Assembly (NCBI GenBank): GCA_964016885.1
Contig: OZ024744.1
Coordinates: forward strand, 39,060,001 to 39,124,000
DNA length: 64,000 nucleotides
Direction of reading: 5' to 3'
Source of the DNA: Eledone cirrhosa
Lineage: Eukaryota
The notes beneath the pieces are model-generated. The model did not search any database and had not been told where the DNA came from. It saw nothing but the letters and a program-made list of their open reading frames with translations. Both the position numbers and the translations under genes were made by a program. This document shows positions 59,450-64,000 of the stretch, piece by piece (the first letter of the stretch is position 1; every line of letters begins with the position of its first letter).

Positions 59450-61000
59450 TCATTATTTCTAGAGTAGGGTCAAGCTTATTCAGGGTGCATTGCTGAACTA
59501 ACTTCTGTGACTCTTCAAGAGATACAATTTTACTAGAAGACGAGATTCTTCCAAATCTATGTTTTGTATGCTCTCTTAACTGGTTAGCTCAAAAATATTA
59601 TTGGTACAAAAATGTTGTTGGTACAATTTCTTCATCAAATTCCAGGAAATTATAATGTTTTTTACCTTAAGTTTTTCCAAACTCTTCTGATGCAGTTCAC
59701 AGATATTTTATCCAAGTTTCATTTTATCTATAGCTTTCATGATATGGTAGTTTTGCCAAAAATATCTAATACATTGTTAATCTGAGCGATTTGCTTCTTC
59801 AACAAGTAGATGGTGAAAAGTATTGATGCAAGGACACAGTCGTGTTGTTTCCCATTAGGAACAGTTTTGAGAGCTCGTCATTGCATTTGACCTGGCCATG
59901 TTGATCCTTATGTAGCTTGATGAACACATTGAGAAATTGGTGGGGTGTTGAGGCATCTTAGGCATTCCATTGTTTTCTGTAGCTCTTTCCTGCTCACACT
60001 ATAGAATCCTTTAGCAAGGTTTACAATGGTCACGTATAATCCATTGCTTTGTTCCCTACATTCTCTTGGAGCTGCATGATAACAAATACCTTGTCAGTAG
60101 TCAGAATTCAAATTGGCTCTCTGGTAGGTTAGACGGCACTTGCCTATTCAAGAATACTCTTGGCAGGATTTTTCCTACAATGGGGAACAGAGTTATATAT
60201 TTCTCAGTAATTAGAGTTGTTAGACTTTCCCCTTTATTCTTGTACAGGAAGATGATAGCTGCATCATGAAGCTCCTGAGGTAGTTTGCTTTGTTCTCAGC
60301 AGCACATAAAGAACTCATGGAGTTTGGCGTGCAATGCTGGCCCTCCAATCTTCCAAATCTTTTGTGTGATTCATCAGCTGCTTTATGGCTTTAACAATTT
60401 TTTCTATGGCTGGAATCTTGTCTAGCTCTGTTGCCTCAGGTTGTTGGGAGGTACAATGGATTGCTGGTTCATGAACCATGCAGATGGTGCTGAGGAGAAC
60501 TGATTCAAGTCTGTGTATAGTACCTGTCCACCTGCACTGCACAATTGGCTCTGGACTGGGTATGAAGAGCTGTGTACTGCCTTCAGAGCTTTGAAGAACT
60601 TTCTGTAGTCACCAATGTCTGAGCAAAAATAAATTCATTTTACAAGGTTGTTCCACCATACATTCTGAATTTCTCAAAAGCTGACCTCTTCACAAAGTGC
60701 AAAATTGGAAACATTGAGACCTTTCTTATGCAATCACAACTACAGTGGGCTGGTCGTGTCATCAGCACAAATGACAAAAGAATATACCAAAGATCCTTAT
60801 ATACAGCCAGTTTGATAGAGGACATATAAATGTTGGATGGCCATAGCTCAGGTACAAAAACAAACTGAAGAGTAATCTTTCAGCAGCCAATATACTTTAT
60901 GAAACATTTGAGCAAGTGGCCTTCAGCAACTAATGCAATCAGCGACTTCAAATCCAGTTGTATCCATTGGTAACAAGAAACAAGAGGGAGGACAAAAGCA
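59450..61000. mobile_element. Decayed RTE/BovB-like LINE: minus segment ~59450-60635 joined to a plus 3' segment ~60640-61000
   Basis: Minus FFKALKAV, VKAIKQL, YKNKG, GKILARV.LNR; plus LMQSQLQWAG, RYKNKLK.NL. Confidence 0.55.
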
Positions 61001-61167
61001 TTATCAAACAAACCAGCAATATTGTCCATTAATCTTCACCCTTGCATGAAAGAAATCTTGCAAGAATTTATGCTTTCACCCTATTGCAGGTTCTTCTGAA
61101 ACTGCAATAGAGTGAAAGCAGTAAATCTTTGCTTGAACTTTAATCTGTATAAATATTTGCTCTATGG

Positions 61168-61218
<51 letters not shown>

Positions 61219-62396
61219 CCTAATCAAGATGTTTTTATCTTGATTTATTTTTTTGATACTGCTCCCATATTTAGGGTGAGCTGCTCAATTTGAATGAGTT
61301 GATGAGCTATTTGAAATAATAATAATAATTGATGAGTTATTTCATCAACCTTTTTGCTATCCATATGATACCAAAAAAGCACAGGTAATTGGCTTTTATT
61401 CTAGCATGGTGTAATTTGCTGATTTAACTGCAGCAACAAGTCAGTTTTTCAATTAATCTCATAATGGATAAATTATATTTTGTGTACTAGTTCAAAGACA
61501 ATCCTACCTATGATAATCTCTCTCTTGAAGTCCCTTAGTTCTGGTCTTGTATGTTTTAATTATAGTAGTCTATTGGTTTTTTTGTTTTTTTTTCCTTTGA
61601 GATTTGAAACAAATGTATAGGACTTTTTGCTATAATAAGTAATATATATTTGTTATATATTCTGTTTGCTTTTGTACCTGTTATATGTATTACATTATAT
61701 AGTTATTTTGTTTTTATGTAATATTCTTGTATAAGTGAGCTCTGAAAATGGTACTTTTGAATCTTACTTCCATTGTACTTTTACAGAACAATGTAATTAA
61801 AATGTTTTTATTTTAATTTATTGTTTGATATATAAATATATATACATCCTCTCCAAAAAATGTGTTGATTATGTGCCTAAATCAGAAACAATTATTATTA
61901 TTTCAAACATTAGCACAAACCACAAATTTGTTTGTTATGGTTCACACCTGCATATATTTAGCTAACCTCCAATAATGGTTTCATCATCAAGGTGATTTTT
62001 GAGGGAGTAGGGGGTATATAGAGAGAAAAAGGACCTCAAAACTACCATGGAGGAATACAATCAAATGTCTTGAACTGATTCTAGTATATGCTTGGTGTTT
62101 ATTTTACAGAATCAACTCTAGAGAGAGAGAGAGATAAAAGCAAAGTTAAGCACAATAACAGTAAATAAAAAATAAGCAATAACATTTTACAAGAATTGTG
62201 TTAACCAATATTCATTAACAAAGTTACATAAGAACAACATCAAAGGCCACTGGAATTATTTTTGAAAGGGTCCTTTAAGAATTTTCTTTGATTATTATAT
62301 TACTATTATTATTATTTTAATTATTATTATCATCATTCTTATTAATTAACTAATTAATAAAAAATTTCTGATGAGAAAGGCCCATTTCAAAGTCGC

Positions 62397-62575
62397 TCAG
62401 GATTTGTGCCATACAAGTTCTGAACCAATGTATGTAGATTGAACTTCAAGATTGTCATTCAGGAATATAAAATCTGCATCCGTTCCAAAGTCCAAAGAAC
62501 CTTTCTTGTCTGTAATATTCAACAACTGTGCAGGATGCAATGATGCCATCTGCAGAGCCTCAACTACAGAGGATT
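62397..62575 (-). CDS. AMDHD2: Last coding exon of N-acetylglucosamine-6-phosphate deacetylase (amidohydrolase domain-containing 2); gene continues beyond the window end
   Basis: Peptide (E)SSVVEALQMASLHPAQLLNITDKKGSLDFGTDADFIFLNDNLEVQSTYIGSELVWHKS* matches the NagA/AMDHD2 C-terminal pattern (A+LHPA.LL, KG+L..G.DAD). On the minus strand it follows a pyrimidine-rich acceptor ending CAG (plus 62576-62578 = ctg). Stop TGA at 62397-62399. Confidence 0.85.
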
Positions 62576-62689
62576 CTGTGAAATGAAAAGTAGAAAGAAA
62601 AAGAGGAGAAATGGATTTTGTAATATACACCAAAACATTTTATTATTATTAAAAGTAAAAACAAAAGTTGAAACAATTATTATTATTAT

Positions 62690-62815
62690 TTCATTTTTTT
62701 TTTTTTGTTACATCCTTTGTTTTTGTTTTTACATGCAGAAATTCCCATTTGTAAAGTCTTGTGCTGTCCTTAATGTTATGTTTTGTGTCAACGCTTGTGG
62801 TTAATAAAGAAACAA
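62690..62815 (+). mobile_element. Tx1/L1-like 3' UTR fragment in the AMDHD2 intron
   Basis: ttgttacatcctttgtttttg...tcttgtgctgtccttaatgtt...cttgtggttaataaagaaac matches 23515-23650. Confidence 0.7.
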
Positions 62816-62817
62816 AC

Positions 62818-63340
62818 TGTGGTTTTGCAGTGCCGGTAGAGTATCAGACGCCATGCTTTGCAGCATAGACTTATGGTCCTTTACATTCTGAGTTCAAATC
62901 AACCAAGGTTAACTTTGCCTTTCATCCTTACGGTGTTGATAAAATAAAGTACCAGTAATGTACTGGGGTCGATTTAATCGATTTTCCTCTCCCCCCCAAA
63001 TTACCGGTCTTGTGCCTATACTAGAAATTATTATTATTATTAGGGCAGTAGATTGGCAGTATTGATAAAATATTGGGCAACATGCTTCACAATGCAGAGT
63101 TATGGCCCTTTATATTCGAAGTTCAAATCCTACTGCGGTTAGCTTTGCCTTTCATCCTTACAAGGTCGATAAAAAAGGTACCAGTCATGCACTGGGGTCG
63201 ATTTCATTGACTTTCCCTCACCCCAAAAATTGCTGGCCTTGTGCCTAAATAAGAAACCATTATTATATAAGAGTTGGGGATTGGTAGAATTGTTAGAGAA
63301 TTGGATAAAATTCCATTGCAGTATTTGTTTTGGCTCTTTG
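62818..63340 (+). mobile_element. Two tandem SINEs plus a partial third, with (ATT)n spacers
   Basis: Copies at ~62818, ~63042 and ~63275. Confidence 0.85.
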
Positions 63341-63344
63341 CATT

Positions 63345-64000
63345 CATGAACATCATTTTATATCCACTGTTCTATGATCGCAAGTGTTGGATGGGTCTTA
63401 TTCAGCACAACATCTCTCAACTCATCCCACCCTTTTGCCATCTCCTTTGTCAACTTCTGTGATTTGAGATCAGTTCTCACCACCTCTACCTAAGTCTTCC
63501 TTGGTTTTCCTCTACTACAGCTTCCCTCTACTAGGACTTCTTGGAACTTCTTCACCCAATGGTCATCCTCCATGCACATCACATGTCCATACATTAATAT
63601 TGAACATCCATCAGAGCATTCTTCATTTCTCCCTCTTGGCAAATGAGAATTTGGATGTAGTGTTCAAGAGAAAAGATTGAGTTGGTATGGACACTTGATG
63701 CGCATGAAAGATAACAGCTGCATACAGAAATGCAAAGAAACCTCAAGAGCTAGGACCCATGGAAGAAGCCGACCCAGGAAGACATGGGATGGAGTAGAGA
63801 AGGGTTGAGAGAACTCTTCACTTGTTGAGGACATGACAACCTCCTTAGTGTTGGTGATCTACACAATAAATACACCCAGTACACACTATAAAGGAGTTGG
63901 TGATAGGAAAGGCATCCAGCTATAGAACACTTGCCAAACAAAGGTTTGGGAGGACTCTCAGTTGTGTCAAAGACATGACAACCTCTTCTGGGCACTTGGT
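63345..64000. mobile_element. RTE-like 3' fragments in the AMDHD2 intron
   Basis: Minus YGHVM...GKPRKT (63480-63595); plus GRSRPRKTWD (63760-63795). Confidence 0.5.

Noticed and set aside
62368-62395. CTGATGA-gaaa-ggccca-tttc antisense to the AMDHD2 3' UTR
   Set aside because: No GAAA after the stem and no stem I or III; likely chance.

Overview
AT-rich, microsatellite-dense animal DNA. The tRNA-derived SINE family and repeat landscape suggest an octopus or other coleoid cephalopod (inference). Nearly all ORFs in the supplied track are microsatellite artefacts. The only host gene evidence is the last coding exon of an N-acetylglucosamine-6-phosphate deacetylase (AMDHD2-like) on the minus strand at 62397-62575. 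The rest is a transposon landscape: Penelope-like elements (PLEs), Helitrons, Tx1/L1-like, R4/Dong-like, CR1-like, CRE-like and RTE LINEs, tRNA SINEs and hAT-like MITEs. The most notable system is a set of PLEs stacked in (TA)n tracts. (1) About ten type I hammerhead ribozyme folds occur, several with palindromic stem III and non-canonical stem II closures. (2) A full-length Neptune-like PLE has an ORF bracketed by ~390-bp inverted repeats that end 8 nt from the start and stop codons. (3) Recurring fold-back palindromes have axes on a native PLE hairpin or in hammerhead regions, and one runs ~470 bp into flanking DNA. (4) An ORF-less ~419-nt hammerhead repeat resembles a retrozyme. A full-length RTE has a 5' inversion that begins at an HDV-like ribozyme fold, and the main SINE shares its 3' tail with a Tx1/L1-like LINE. 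All RNA structures were folded by eye, no searches were run, and element boundaries are approximate.
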